Positions 31,896 to 42,201 are shown, counted from the first letter of the stretch. The stretch: 64,000 nt of DNA from a bacterium (GCA_963681965.1 OY820579.1:2912001-2976000); one strand, 5' to 3'. The notes: generated by a model from the sequence alone, not told the origin. A program made the numbers and translations.

Positions 31896-32492
31896 TCAAT
31901 TTGTGACGCTGGGAATACTATTGAGTAAGCGATTCAACACGGCGTTAATTTTAAAGAAAGTGGATGTTGATAGCAACGCCTGATGTGCCGAATCGGGATT
32001 TGATCGATGTAAGGTCGCCACGACTTCCTTGTCACCGATCGTTACATCGGCAAAAAGACCGCTCTCAACCTTAAATGGAGATTTGCGATCTTTACAGGTC
32101 ACTTTGCCAACGTCGGTTTTCAAGTCGAGTGGAATGCCAACCGGTACGGTTAATTCGTAGTTCACGGAATATCCCTCAACTCCTTTGGGATTTGGCGATT
32201 CGATCGAGAGACGATTTCCAACTCGGTGAACATATACTGCAGAGTGATTCAGAATCGCATTCGCTTTGTTCTCGGTTTCAGCAGTCGCATTTCGCACGAT
32301 CGCCATCTGAATCCGCGCACCACCTGTTTTTACGACGATGTCACCGTGATCGGTAACGACCGACAACAGGTTGATCCCATTCACATCGAAATCGCGAACA
32401 ATCGATTCGTGTTGCGTGACGTGGGCAGCGGCAAAATGCACTCCTGCGACAACAAGTAGTAATACGACAACAAACCAATTCAATTTTTTCAT
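31896..32492 (-). CDS. DUF4097-like exported beta-strand protein (short)
   Basis: Signal peptide; TDHGDIVV, SVNYELTVP, LKTDVGKV; paralogous to the neighbouring gene. Confidence 0.6.
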   Translation of the reverse strand: MKKLNWFVVVLLLVVAGVHFAAAHVTQHESIVRDFDVNGINLLSVVTDHGDIVVKTGGARIQMAIVRNATAETENKANAILNHSAVYVHRVGNRLSIESPNPKGVEGYSVNYELTVPVGIPLDLKTDVGKVTCKDRKSPFKVESGLFADVTIGDKEVVATLHRSNPDSAHQALLSTSTFFKINAVLNRLLNSIPSVTN

Positions 32493-32547
32493 AAGACCCT
32501 CGCAACTTGTGCGTAACAGGTTAAGATCGTAATCTTTTGTTGTTAAA

Positions 32548-33363
32548 TCAATAGCTCTTTACTTTGATATTGCCATTCGTAGTCGACAGGTTGATCGAAC
32601 CAGAACCATCTCCAATCGAGCCTTCCGCATCTGTTTCCTCTTTGTTGAGTCTAATTGACTTTTCAAAGTCGTCTATATCGATCCGACCATTCGTGGTCGA
32701 AGCGCGGAAACTGCCGTTACTGTTCTTGGGAATGGATAATTTCACATTTCCGTTTGAAGTCTCAGCTTTTAACTTACCCGATCCAGAGAGATCAACGCGA
32801 AGTGATAAAGTTCCATTCGATGTTTCAAACTCAGCCCTGCTCGAGGAGCAATTGGCATTGATGTTCCCATTCGATGTGTTTGCCTTGATCACACCGGAGC
32901 AGTTTGTTACTTCGATTGAACCGTTCGTCGAATTCAGCTCTAATTCTGCAGTTCTATCTGTGCATTCAATATTACCGTTAGTCGTTGAAATAAAAGCATT
33001 CATCTGTACTGGCAAGGTTACTTGATAATTTATCGATACATCGTAAAACATCTTCTCGGAATGGATTTGCTTCACTTTAATCCGTTCCCCGGTTTCTTTG
33101 ATATCGACTGTTAGTTTTTGCATGACTTCCCGGCACCCGGATTCTGTCGGACCGTGAACGCGCTTCTCTGCATGAATAATGATTTTATCGGAACTTCCAG
33201 CGATTACTTCAACATTTCCATTAATGTTTGACAGCTCAAAATCGACTTTTCCCGAAGCGGGCAACTCGCGCTGAAAAGTATCTTTTAGCTCAGCACTTAA
33301 AGCGCTTGATAAACCAAAAGCAGAGAAGTAAGCCATTGTTATCATTATGAAGATCCTTTTCAT
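32548..33363 (-). CDS. DUF4097 family beta-strand repeat protein
   Basis: Signal peptide; repeated T(T/S)NG(N/S)I motifs. Confidence 0.85.
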   Translation of the reverse strand: MKRIFIMITMAYFSAFGLSSALSAELKDTFQRELPASGKVDFELSNINGNVEVIAGSSDKIIIHAEKRVHGPTESGCREVMQKLTVDIKETGERIKVKQIHSEKMFYDVSINYQVTLPVQMNAFISTTNGNIECTDRTAELELNSTNGSIEVTNCSGVIKANTSNGNINANCSSSRAEFETSNGTLSLRVDLSGSGKLKAETSNGNVKLSIPKNSNGSFRASTTNGRIDIDDFEKSIRLNKEETDAEGSIGDGSGSINLSTTNGNIKVKSY

Positions 33364-33377
33364 GAAATAGCTCCTTA

Positions 33378-34367
33378 TTACTTGTTGGAAGATTCAGATA
33401 GCAGGTTTGCTATCAAATCGTCAGCGCTTTTGCCTTCAGCTTCGGCATTGAATGTTAGAACGATTCTATGACGCAAAACTGAATTAGCAACAGCTTTAAC
33501 ATCTTCAATTTCAGGCGTCGGTTTTCCGTATAAAGCAGCTCGCGATTTTGCGGCTACAATCAATCCTTGCGAGGCACGTGGACCAGCTCCCCATTTAATA
33601 AAGGACTTTATCTGCGAGGAAGCCTCTTTTTCGTTCGGTCGGGTTTTCCTTACTAACTCAACTGCATACCGAATGACGTTGTCAGCAACTGGGATTCTGC
33701 CGATTAATTCCTGCATACTAATAAGAGCTTCTCCCGATAGGATCGGTTGCAATGTATCGATTCGATACATTCCATTCCCTTTCACGATCGATAACTCCTC
33801 ATCGAAACTTGGGTATTCTACTCGCAACATCAGCAGAAATCGATCTAGCTGTGCTTCAGGTAGTGGATAAGTACCTTCTTGTTCAATCGGATTTTGGGTC
33901 GCAAGCACAAAAAAAGGTTCCTTTAGACGCAATGTTTGACCAGACGTAGTCACTGCGTGCTCTTGCATCGCTTCAAGTAGTGCTGCTTGTGTCTTCGGAG
34001 GTGTTCGGTTGATTTCGTCGGCAAGCACGATTTGCGCGAAAATCGGACCACGCAGAAATCGAAAATGTTTTTTACCGGTTCCGAGTTCGTCTTCGAGGAT
34101 ATCCGTACCGGTAATGTCGGAGGGCATCAGATCGGGGGTAAACTGAATCCGGGCGAAATCCAGCGCTAACAATTTCCCCATTGTCCGAACCAGCAATGTT
34201 TTTGCCAACCCCGGAACACCAACTAAAAGCGCATGTCCTCTGGACAACAAGGCAATCATAATCCCTTCCACCACGGGTTGTTGTCCAATTACAATTGATC
34301 CAACCGATTGTGTTAATTTAAGATATTGCTCTGCGAGGTTTTCCAATGCTTTGCGGTCGTCCACCAA
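33378..34367 (-). CDS. MoxR family AAA+ ATPase
   Basis: GVPGLAKT, RIQFTPDLMPSD, ADEINRTPPKTQ, ATQNPIEQEGTYPLPEAQLDRF. Confidence 0.95.
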   Translation of the reverse strand: MVDDRKALENLAEQYLKLTQSVGSIVIGQQPVVEGIMIALLSRGHALLVGVPGLAKTLLVRTMGKLLALDFARIQFTPDLMPSDITGTDILEDELGTGKKHFRFLRGPIFAQIVLADEINRTPPKTQAALLEAMQEHAVTTSGQTLRLKEPFFVLATQNPIEQEGTYPLPEAQLDRFLLMLRVEYPSFDEELSIVKGNGMYRIDTLQPILSGEALISMQELIGRIPVADNVIRYAVELVRKTRPNEKEASSQIKSFIKWGAGPRASQGLIVAAKSRAALYGKPTPEIEDVKAVANSVLRHRIVLTFNAEAEGKSADDLIANLLSESSNK

Positions 34368-34596
34368 GTGCTCCTGTAACTTCAGTATAATTGTAAGAAA
34401 ATGGAAATTCGGGTGAGAGATCGAGTAGCGATCCTCGACTTAAACCCGTATCGTATCTATAGGTTCCTAATTAAGATAGAATACGATGAAATCGCAAAGC
34501 ATCCAACAACCTGCTCCGACCAGTGAAGCGAGGTAATACAGTACATCCGCTTGTACAGCATACTTACTTGGACACCGATCCAACCGAGGAGTTACA

Positions 34597-36933
34597 GTGA
34601 TCTTGAAACTACGTAATCTTTTAATAATTAATATAATATTATTGGGATTGATTGGTATCAGCGTTAGTGCAGAGCAATCATTTTCGCCGATTTCGACGCG
34701 ACTTAGCCCTCCTCGGTATGCCAAAATTGAAGTAATCAATCAGGATAAACCGGCAATCACCAAACTGATTCACGGTGGTTATGATATTCAGGGAATGTCG
34801 AGTACACATAATTTTATCTTGATTGCCGACGATGATGACCGAGCACAATTGTCAGCCGATGGTATCGTTTGGCGCGAGTTGGAATCTGATTTATCTGCGT
34901 ATTTTCAACATCGACTTACAACTGAAAGTCAAGATTTAGTGGGTGGTTATCCCAGTTATCAGGAAACAATCGATTCGTTAAATCTATACCGCCAGCAATT
35001 TCCCAATTTAGTGTCAGCACCTGTTTCAATCGGTACTACTACTGAAAACCGCAGTATGTACATGATTCGAGTGACTCATAATCCCGACAGTATCGATCAG
35101 AAACCGCAAGTGTTCTACAATGGCTTAATACATTCTCGTGAAGCCATTACGCACACACAACTTCTCTACTTCATTCGATATCTGATTAGCCATTACAATA
35201 CCGATCAACGGGTTCGGAACATACTGGATACTCGAGCACTTTACTTCGTTCCATTAATCAATCCCGATGGTTATGTTTACAATGAGCAGTCCAGTCCCAG
35301 TGGCGGCGGCTTGTGGCGGAAAAATCGAGCAGTAGTGGGTGGTCGTATTGTCGGTGTCGATTTAAATCGAAATTTCGATGCTCATTGGGGATACGATGAT
35401 ATCGGTTCCAGTTCACAGTCGCGTTCCGACAGCTATCGTGGAACTGTGGCTTTTAGTGAACCGGAATCGCGCGCAATCCGCGACTTCTGCAATTCACATC
35501 GGTTTCGTGTGACTGTGAACTATCACTCATTTTCCAATCTCGTACTGTATCCGATGAGTTACCGACGGGAATATACCCGCGATAACCTGTTTTACAACAA
35601 TATGGGACATCGATTAGGCGATCCGAATCGATATCAAATCGGCACACCCTGGTGGTTGCTTTATACGGTTAACGGCGATGCGATCGAATGGCAGTATTCG
35701 AATTCTCCCGATTCTGTCAAGAATTTTGCATTTGGTATCGAAGTCGGCGACTCTACTGATAGTTTCTGGCCGGCACGATCGCGAATTTCAACGCTCTGTC
35801 AGAGTTTAATTGAACCGAATCTTCGACTTGCAGAAATCGCCAATGAACCAAGGATCGTACTACCGCCACCGGTACCGCTTATCATTTCTGCAGACACGAT
35901 CCAATCGACTCAAGCGATTCAATGGTCGACTAATCCGGATGAGCAGATTAATCCAGCTACGAACTGGGATCTGCGCGCGTCGAATACATACCCTACCGGA
36001 AATGAGAATTTCGATTCGACATCAATCCACAACTGGATTTCGAACGGAGTAATGCAGAATGATAGTCTCACAGCCCGTGGTCAATATGCCATGCGATTTG
36101 CCAATACGAACTCAACGACTTCGTACCTAGTCAATCGGTACCCAATTCCAATTCATTCAACCGATACACTTTCCTATCGGATCTGGTACGATATCGAAAC
36201 AGATTACGATTATTTCGTTGCACAGATCTCGACTGATGACGGTATTACTTGGTTTTCACTCCCGGGGAATCTCACAACGACCACTGATCCGAATCATCAG
36301 AATTGGGATTACGGAATCACTGGGACGTCCAATCACCTCTTTGTTCAAGCACGACATCCATTGATACAATACGCCGGCAAATCTGCCCTCTTGCGGCTTA
36401 TTTATATAACTGATGCCGCAACACTCAATGCCGGAGTTTGGATCGACAACGTAACACCATCACTTCTAGTGACTGAACCTTGGACAATTCATCACAACAA
36501 TCTGTTAAATGCATCTGATTCGCTCCCTGCGGGAAATTGGATCATCCAGATTAGAGCACGTGATGCTCAAGGTGATACTTCCGCATGGTCGCTCCCGACA
36601 TTGGTTACGATATCTTCATCTAATGCCATTTCTAATCGGGATCTTTCAATTCCAATTTCATTTGGGTTCGACCGAACTTATCCGAATCCCTTCAACAATT
36701 CGATTGCCATCACGTTTTCACTTACTGATCGAGCAAATACCGTTTTATCGATTTACAATACTAGCGGTCAGATCGTTTACCGCTACTCTTTCGGAATACG
36801 ACCTGCCGGTCAGTACTCTACCAGTTGGAATGGAATCAGTAACACCGGATCCTTGACCAGTTCAGGGGTATACTTCTTACAACTTTCCAGTGGGCAACAA
36901 GTAAGTCATCGTAAAATCCTCCTCGTTAAGTAA
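34597..36933 (+). CDS. Secreted M14 zinc carboxypeptidase (carboxypeptidase T-like) with InhA/MAM-like domain and T9SS/FlgD-type CTD
   Basis: HSRE, NPDG, WRKNR, GVDLNRN, FSEPE, NYHSF, GIEVG; YDIETDYDY; YPNPFN. Confidence 0.9.
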   Translation: MILKLRNLLIINIILLGLIGISVSAEQSFSPISTRLSPPRYAKIEVINQDKPAITKLIHGGYDIQGMSSTHNFILIADDDDRAQLSADGIVWRELESDLSAYFQHRLTTESQDLVGGYPSYQETIDSLNLYRQQFPNLVSAPVSIGTTTENRSMYMIRVTHNPDSIDQKPQVFYNGLIHSREAITHTQLLYFIRYLISHYNTDQRVRNILDTRALYFVPLINPDGYVYNEQSSPSGGGLWRKNRAVVGGRIVGVDLNRNFDAHWGYDDIGSSSQSRSDSYRGTVAFSEPESRAIRDFCNSHRFRVTVNYHSFSNLVLYPMSYRREYTRDNLFYNNMGHRLGDPNRYQIGTPWWLLYTVNGDAIEWQYSNSPDSVKNFAFGIEVGDSTDSFWPARSRISTLCQSLIEPNLRLAEIANEPRIVLPPPVPLIISADTIQSTQAIQWSTNPDEQINPATNWDLRASNTYPTGNENFDSTSIHNWISNGVMQNDSLTARGQYAMRFANTNSTTSYLVNRYPIPIHSTDTLSYRIWYDIETDYDYFVAQISTDDGITWFSLPGNLTTTTDPNHQNWDYGITGTSNHLFVQARHPLIQYAGKSALLRLIYITDAATLNAGVWIDNVTPSLLVTEPWTIHHNNLLNASDSLPAGNWIIQIRARDAQGDTSAWSLPTLVTISSSNAISNRDLSIPISFGFDRTYPNPFNNSIAITFSLTDRANTVLSIYNTSGQIVYRYSFGIRPAGQYSTSWNGISNTGSLTSSGVYFLQLSSGQQVSHRKILLVK

Positions 36934-37179
36934 TTTTAACCATTCTATTTACGTTTGCTGGCAACAATCCGTTGCCAGCGATTTTTGGTCAATATTCCCG
37001 AAAAAAAGAGATCAATTTCTTCTTCATCTAAAAAATTTGTTCCGGCTTGATAAATACTACTTTTGGACTGAAGTATTCGTAACACTATATTGAAGTATTA
37101 CGATTTTCGAAATAATTCGTATCATTCTGCTAATAACAATATTTATCGGAATTACGAATATCAAACAATAGGATCTGCG

Positions 37180-37470
37180 ATGAAAGTCAACTGTGAGAGC
37201 TGTAAGGGAACTTGGAATGCGTCGGAAAAAATCGGTACGTCGCGGAACTGCCCCCACTGTGGAAAACAAGGAAAATTGAAGTGTACTTGCAACAAGTGCA
37301 AGAAAACAATGATTCCCGATCAAACTTTTGAGAAGAATCAAACGAATATGATGAATCTGTACGCAACGAATCTGGTTATTCAATGCCCTAAATGTAAATT
37401 CATTGGTCATTGGGCAGATTTTGAATTGGTTCTGACCAAAGGTGGTGGATTGTTTGGTTTCAGTTTTTAA
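37180..37470 (+). CDS. Small zinc-ribbon protein (four CxxC)
   Basis: CESC, CPHC, CNKC, CPKC; likely start ATG 37180 after AGGA. Confidence 0.65.
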   Translation: MKVNCESCKGTWNASEKIGTSRNCPHCGKQGKLKCTCNKCKKTMIPDQTFEKNQTNMMNLYATNLVIQCPKCKFIGHWADFELVLTKGGGLFGFSF

Positions 37471-37611
37471 TTTTCTACTAGTTAAGAACGAAGTCAATGA
37501 AAGCATCGGTTGATGAACCGATGCTTTTCAATTTTTTGGGTCCAGATTGGAATCTTGCAGAGGATAAAGTTCTTTATTATCTTCACTCGCTTGATGAATG
37601 TCAGAGCTTCG

Positions 37612-37685
37612 GGGCGATTAGCTCAGTTGGCTAGAGCACCTGCTTTACACGCAGGGGGTCACTGGTTCGAGCCCGGTATCGCCCA
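37612..37685 (+). tRNA. tRNA-Val (TAC)
   Basis: GGGCGATTAGCTCAGTTGGCTAGAGCACCTGCTTTACACGCAGGGGGTCACTGGTTCGAGCCCGGTATCGCCCA. Confidence 0.95.
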
Positions 37686-37792
37686 CACAAAACAGGAACA
37701 TAATGTTCCTGTTTTTTTGTATTGATCTTTCCAAATCTGACGAATGGGAGTCGAAACGTGTAGAAACCTCGACCAAAGCTAACAAACACAAT
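37635..37792 (+). repeat. 158-bp direct repeat, copy 1 (3' part of tRNA-Val, terminator and downstream sequence; att-like)
   Basis: Identical to 42202-42359 except for 2 mismatches. Confidence 0.92.
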
Positions 37793-37870
37793 GTGAGGTG
37801 GTACCCTCCGTTTGGACAGTTTTGTGCGAATCTTAGTTAGATTGCACTGCCCACTGTCTGCTGTTTCTTG

Positions 37871-38680
37871 TCAGGCAGCTGCCTGACAAGAAAGATTTCT
37901 TAGACTATCGGTGTAGACTTCATCTGGGGTTTGATAGCCCAAGCCTTGGTGCGAACGTTCGCTGTTGTAGAACGAAAAATATTCACCGATACTGCGCTCT
38001 GCAATGCGAACTGAATCGTACCCTTTCAAGTATACTTCCTCGTACTTCAACGACTTCCACAATCGTTCGACAAAACGGTTATCCATCCACCGACCTTTAC
38101 CATCCATACTGATCCGAACGCCTGCCTCTTTCAAAACATCCGTAAATGCGACGCTGGTAAACTGACACCCTTGATCGCTGTTGAAGATCTCAGGCTTCCC
38201 ATACTTCGACAACGCATCCTTCAATGCTTCCACACAGGAATGCGTATCCAGCGTATTCGACAACCGCCACGACAACACCTTGCGACTGAACCAGTCGATC
38301 ACCGCCACCAGGTACATAAAACCCTTTGCCAGTGGGATGTACGTGATGTCGGTCGCCCATACTTGATTCGCGCGATCAACCGTCAAGTCGCGAAGCAAGT
38401 ACGGATAAATCTTGTGTTCCTTGTCAGGAACCGTCGTACGCGGCTTGCGGTACAATGCTTCCAGACCCAGGATGCGTAGCAAGGAACGAACCTTTTTCCG
38501 ACCAACATCGATACCCTGCTTCGATAACTCCACCACCAGTTTACGGGCACCGTAGAACGGAACCTTCAGGTGAAGCTCATCCAGCGTTCGCAACAGCATC
38601 AAATTGTTCGAATCAAGCGGAACAGGGCGATAGTAGTAACTGCTGCGTGGAACCTTGATCAAAGAACACTGCTGAACCAA
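37871..38680 (-). CDS. IS3 transposase OrfB (DDE/rve domain)
   Basis: [33 protein letters not shown]; joined to OrfA by a predicted -1 frameshift. Confidence 0.92.
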   Translation of the reverse strand: MVQQCSLIKVPRSSYYYRPVPLDSNNLMLLRTLDELHLKVPFYGARKLVVELSKQGIDVGRKKVRSLLRILGLEALYRKPRTTVPDKEHKIYPYLLRDLTVDRANQVWATDITYIPLAKGFMYLVAVIDWFSRKVLSWRLSNTLDTHSCVEALKDALSKYGKPEIFNSDQGCQFTSVAFTDVLKEAGVRISMDGKGRWMDNRFVERLWKSLKYEEVYLKGYDSVRIAERSIGEYFSFYNSERSHQGLGYQTPDEVYTDSLRNLSCQAAA

Positions 38681-38703
38681 CGGTAAACGGGCACCCGGAT
38701 CGA

Positions 38704-39006
38704 TCAGCGCTTCACGCTCAGAACGCCCAAGCGACTGAGCCCCTTTGCTAAAAAATCGTTTTCCATCGTTAACTGGCCGATCTTGGCGCGCAGCTCCTTA
38801 AGATCTACTTCTTCACTTCCTGACGATTCAGTTTTGCCAAATACCGATGCAGCATGATCCAAAAGCTGCTTCTTCCACTGACTGATCTGGTTCGGATGAA
38901 CTTGATATAGACTTGATAGTTCAGATACTGTCTTATCACCCTTGAGTGCGGCTAATGCTACCGTCGCCTTGAAATCAGGCGATAATGTCCGTCGTAAACC
39001 CGACAT
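38704..39006 (-). CDS. IS3 transposase OrfA (HTH)
   Basis: FKATVALAALKGDKTVSELSSLYQVHPNQISQWKK...IGQLTMENDFL; ATG 39006 with GGAG RBS. Confidence 0.9.
   Translation of the reverse strand: MSGLRRTLSPDFKATVALAALKGDKTVSELSSLYQVHPNQISQWKKQLLDHAASVFGKTESSGSEEVDLKELRAKIGQLTMENDFLAKGLSRLGVLSVKR
38749..38755 (-). other. Programmed -1 frameshift slippery site T TTT TTA of the IS3 element
   Basis: X XXY YYZ heptamer at the ENDFL codons; the -1 frame is open into OrfB (FSKGAQSLGRSEREALIDP...). Confidence 0.75.
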
Positions 39007-39086
39007 TGTAAACTCCCTGCTTGCTGTCAAAATATCGGGCAAAGCAATCTAACTAACAAACTGTCCAGGAAAACGGGACCACTTCA

Positions 39087-39211
39087 CTTATCCCTCCAGT
39101 AGCGACTTTCCAAGTGTACGTGTGAAAGGAAACCGTTCGAGCTGCAGCATGTATCGAAATTAAACTGATAAGTGTGCAGAAAAGGAGAGAATATTTGACG
39201 ATTGACCGCAT
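39087..39211 (-). pseudogene. 5' fragment of a secreted-protein gene cut by the IS3 end
   Basis: AAGGAG RBS and ATG 39211; MRSIVKYSLLFCTLISLISIHAAARTVSFHTYTWKVATGGIS runs into the IS inverted repeat. Confidence 0.65.
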
Positions 39212-39249
39212 GGTAAACTCCTTTACAGTGAAAGAAAGTTGTGAACTGA

Positions 39250-41784
39250 TTACTTGAGAAGCATCATCTTACGTGTTACAACCTGCTTTCCGATTTGAAG
39301 TCGGTAAAAATAAATTCCAGTTGGCAACGTTTGCGCATCGAAGCGGACGCGATACTCTCCGGCATCTTTTTGAGCATCAACCAAGGTGGATACCTGTTGC
39401 CCGATCAGATTGAAGACCGTCAATTTGACGTGTGAAAAAGTTGGAACTGAATAGTGAATCAGCGTTGATGAATTGAACGGGTTGGGATAATTCTGTACTC
39501 GTGCAAATTCAATCGGAAATATAAATCTATTTTCTTTTGCAGCTTCTTGGTGCAGTTGAATACAAGAAATAAAACAATCGCCATAATATGTTCCCCCATT
39601 GTAGGTAGTATCATAACCGTTTGTCGATACAGGAAAATTATTACTTGTGGTCATACCAACAATAATGAAATTTCTTGATCTAGTTATTTCAAGTCCGTAT
39701 GCTTGATCTCTTCCATTCCCACCGAGAAATGTACTATAAATTAAATTAGAAAGTGATGAATCTAATTTTGATAAATAGCAATCGAAAGAACCACCATTAT
39801 AATCTGAATCAAAGGATTCAATAGAAGTTGGAAAATTTACACAACTAGTATATCCTGCAATTGTAATACTATTCAAAGTATCTTCTTTAACAGCTGTTGG
39901 TCCAGTAATGCCAAGTGACGTTCCAAAATAAGTACTATGCAATAAGTGAGAACCACTTGAATCGATTAACGTTATAAAACATCGTGTACTATCGCTTCGG
40001 GTTGTATCAAATGCATTCTGAGTAACTGGAAAATTCATACTACGAGTTATTCCATCTACTATAACTCCAGAAAGTGAACTTAATTCAATGTTCACACCTA
40101 CATCTTGTCCAGAACCACCAAGAAAAGTACTGTAGATCAATTGCATACAATTAGTATCTACTTTTACAATATAGCAATCTTGAATCCCTCCATTGTAGGT
40201 AGTATCGAATGAAGAAATAGTCGTAGGAAAACTTTGATTCGTCGAAAAACCAGTTATAACCAGACCATCACGAGACCGAGTCAAGTCAAATACTCCATCA
40301 TTTCCCGAGCTTCCTAAATATGTGCTTGCAATTAAGTTCATAGCATCATTACTTAAATGAGCTATATAACAATCTATTCCCCCATTTAAAATGCGCTGAA
40401 AAGCTGTTGTTGTAGTTGGGAAATCATTACTTTGAGTGACTCCAGTTATGAAACAGCCACCAGTTGAATCACTAGTAATACTGATCACATCGTCTCCACT
40501 AGAACCGCCTATTGTTGTACTATATATAATTTGGTTTCCTATTTGATTGAGTCTAGTGATAAAACCGTCAGAAATACCTGAAAGTCTAGAACCGTTAGTT
40601 GTTGGAAAATCAATACTGTAGGTTTTTCCAGCAATAATAAAACCACTACTTCCATCATTACAGATATCACTCCCCTCATCTCCATTTGATCCACCTAGGA
40701 AAGTGCTAAAAATTAGTTCAGTTCTATTTTCGTTAAATTGTGACACAAAACAATCATTATTATTGAATGTTCTATCAAGTGCACCAGGCGTTGTAGGGAA
40801 ATTGGTGCTCTCTGTACTGCCAATTATTGTAACATGATTCTCATTATTGTAGTTGATTGCTCGCCCACCATCATCTCCACTCCCCCCCAAATAGGTGCTG
40901 TACACCAGCGGATCGATTCGGAGCGTTTGCGCGGGGTCGTACCCATTCGGCAAATCGATCGCGAAGAGATTCCCCGCCAAGAGTCTGAATTGTGCCTCGA
41001 CATCGTTTCCGCGTACACCATTCGCAGTGGTTTGGTATGCCCCCGGAATTTTCATCCGCAATTCACCCAATGAGATGGGAAGGAGGAGTTGGGAATCGGG
41101 TGTTAGGTCAAGAGGATCGTCCAACCCCGCACACACCATCTTGATTTGTTTCGGATCGGCACCGGGGTGAATCACAAAATCGAATTCGAGATGACCCTTG
41201 CTCTCATACCACTCGACATCGATGCCATCCCACACTTCGTGATACACCACGCGAGAGAAATTCCGACAATCCGGTGCCCACTTCGACGAATCATTCCCCA
41301 AGAAATAATTGTTGTGCCATGAAAATTCCCCCTGTGCATCGATGGATTTTGCGCAAGTGTATTTTCGTGGGTCGGAATTTCTTCCGACATCCTTTTGTGT
41401 CGTGCATTCGCCGACAAATTTGAATTTGAGAGCGTGCGATTTTAGTGCATATCGTGGTAGAAGATCGCGATCCATCGGATCGAAACGGGTATTGTCGAGT
41501 GGTTTCGTCGAATCAATCACGGACGTAACGAGGGTAACGCCATCGCGCTCAAGGAACCACGTGAACCCATCGCGCCGCACCTCGCATTTGTAGACAACGG
41601 CGGAATCCCACTGTCCCTTATTCTCCGTAAACTGGAATGAGTGCGGGAGTCGCGATGATTGCACACTGACACCTTGCACCACACTGATCGCACACAACAC
41701 GAACATCAGCACCAAACACGTTGATCCTCGGTGTGATCTATATTTTCGGATGTCTGCTAGCCGGTTATGGGATTTCGGTTTCAT
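39250..41784 (-). CDS. SBBP beta-propeller repeat protein with conserved N-terminal domain and T9SS-type CTD
   Basis: FTENKGQWD, NNYFLGNDSSKW, LEFDFVIHPGADP, IDPLVYSTYLGG, repeated YSTFLGG and FPTT motifs, YPNPFN. Confidence 0.9.
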   Translation of the reverse strand: MKPKSHNRLADIRKYRSHRGSTCLVLMFVLCAISVVQGVSVQSSRLPHSFQFTENKGQWDSAVVYKCEVRRDGFTWFLERDGVTLVTSVIDSTKPLDNTRFDPMDRDLLPRYALKSHALKFKFVGECTTQKDVGRNSDPRKYTCAKSIDAQGEFSWHNNYFLGNDSSKWAPDCRNFSRVVYHEVWDGIDVEWYESKGHLEFDFVIHPGADPKQIKMVCAGLDDPLDLTPDSQLLLPISLGELRMKIPGAYQTTANGVRGNDVEAQFRLLAGNLFAIDLPNGYDPAQTLRIDPLVYSTYLGGSGDDGGRAINYNNENHVTIIGSTESTNFPTTPGALDRTFNNNDCFVSQFNENRTELIFSTFLGGSNGDEGSDICNDGSSGFIIAGKTYSIDFPTTNGSRLSGISDGFITRLNQIGNQIIYSTTIGGSSGDDVISITSDSTGGCFITGVTQSNDFPTTTTAFQRILNGGIDCYIAHLSNDAMNLIASTYLGSSGNDGVFDLTRSRDGLVITGFSTNQSFPTTISSFDTTYNGGIQDCYIVKVDTNCMQLIYSTFLGGSGQDVGVNIELSSLSGVIVDGITRSMNFPVTQNAFDTTRSDSTRCFITLIDSSGSHLLHSTYFGTSLGITGPTAVKEDTLNSITIAGYTSCVNFPTSIESFDSDYNGGSFDCYLSKLDSSLSNLIYSTFLGGNGRDQAYGLEITRSRNFIIVGMTTSNNFPVSTNGYDTTYNGGTYYGDCFISCIQLHQEAAKENRFIFPIEFARVQNYPNPFNSSTLIHYSVPTFSHVKLTVFNLIGQQVSTLVDAQKDAGEYRVRFDAQTLPTGIYFYRLQIGKQVVTRKMMLLK

Positions 41785-42201
41785 CGTCAACTCCTTGGGA
41801 ATGTCACTCTCTCAACATACAACGAAAAGCCCAACGCAGATAAGCATTGGGCAGCGATTCATTCACTCTACTCATGTAACCAGCGGTCTCCTGATAAACC
41901 TTGATTTTATCATTAGATCGGCATTCGTTGTATTCATGGAAGCAAATCATTGCATCTTATTCCCTTTTCTTTTTCACATTAACTAAGTAATACTAGAAAT
42001 ACAATAGTAAGGTTCATACATCAGAAAATTTCTTAACAAGAAAATAATCCCTTGACTTTGACTCGAAGATTGTCGAGATTGGTGCTAACGGTTATGTGCT
42101 CTGTCCAGTTAGCAGTTTTTGGTCTAAACCGTTAGCAGTTGAGATTATTGACACTTTGTAAGTTTAGGGTTATAAGTGATTTATAGGACAGAGTGAACCC
42201 T

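Larger units (their letters stand above)
37794..39086 (-). mobile_element. IS3-family insertion sequence (1293 bp)
   Basis: TG...CA ends with imperfect inverted repeats (TGAGGTGGTACCCTCCGTTTGGACAGTTT / TGAAGTGGTCCCGTTTTCCTGGACAGTTT); orfA and orfB; no target-site duplication visible. Confidence 0.92.

Noticed and set aside
39520-40870. Diversity-generating retroelement target explaining the AT-rich core
   Set aside because: No reverse transcriptase or TR/VR repeat pair in the window, and the segment is far longer than a DGR variable region.
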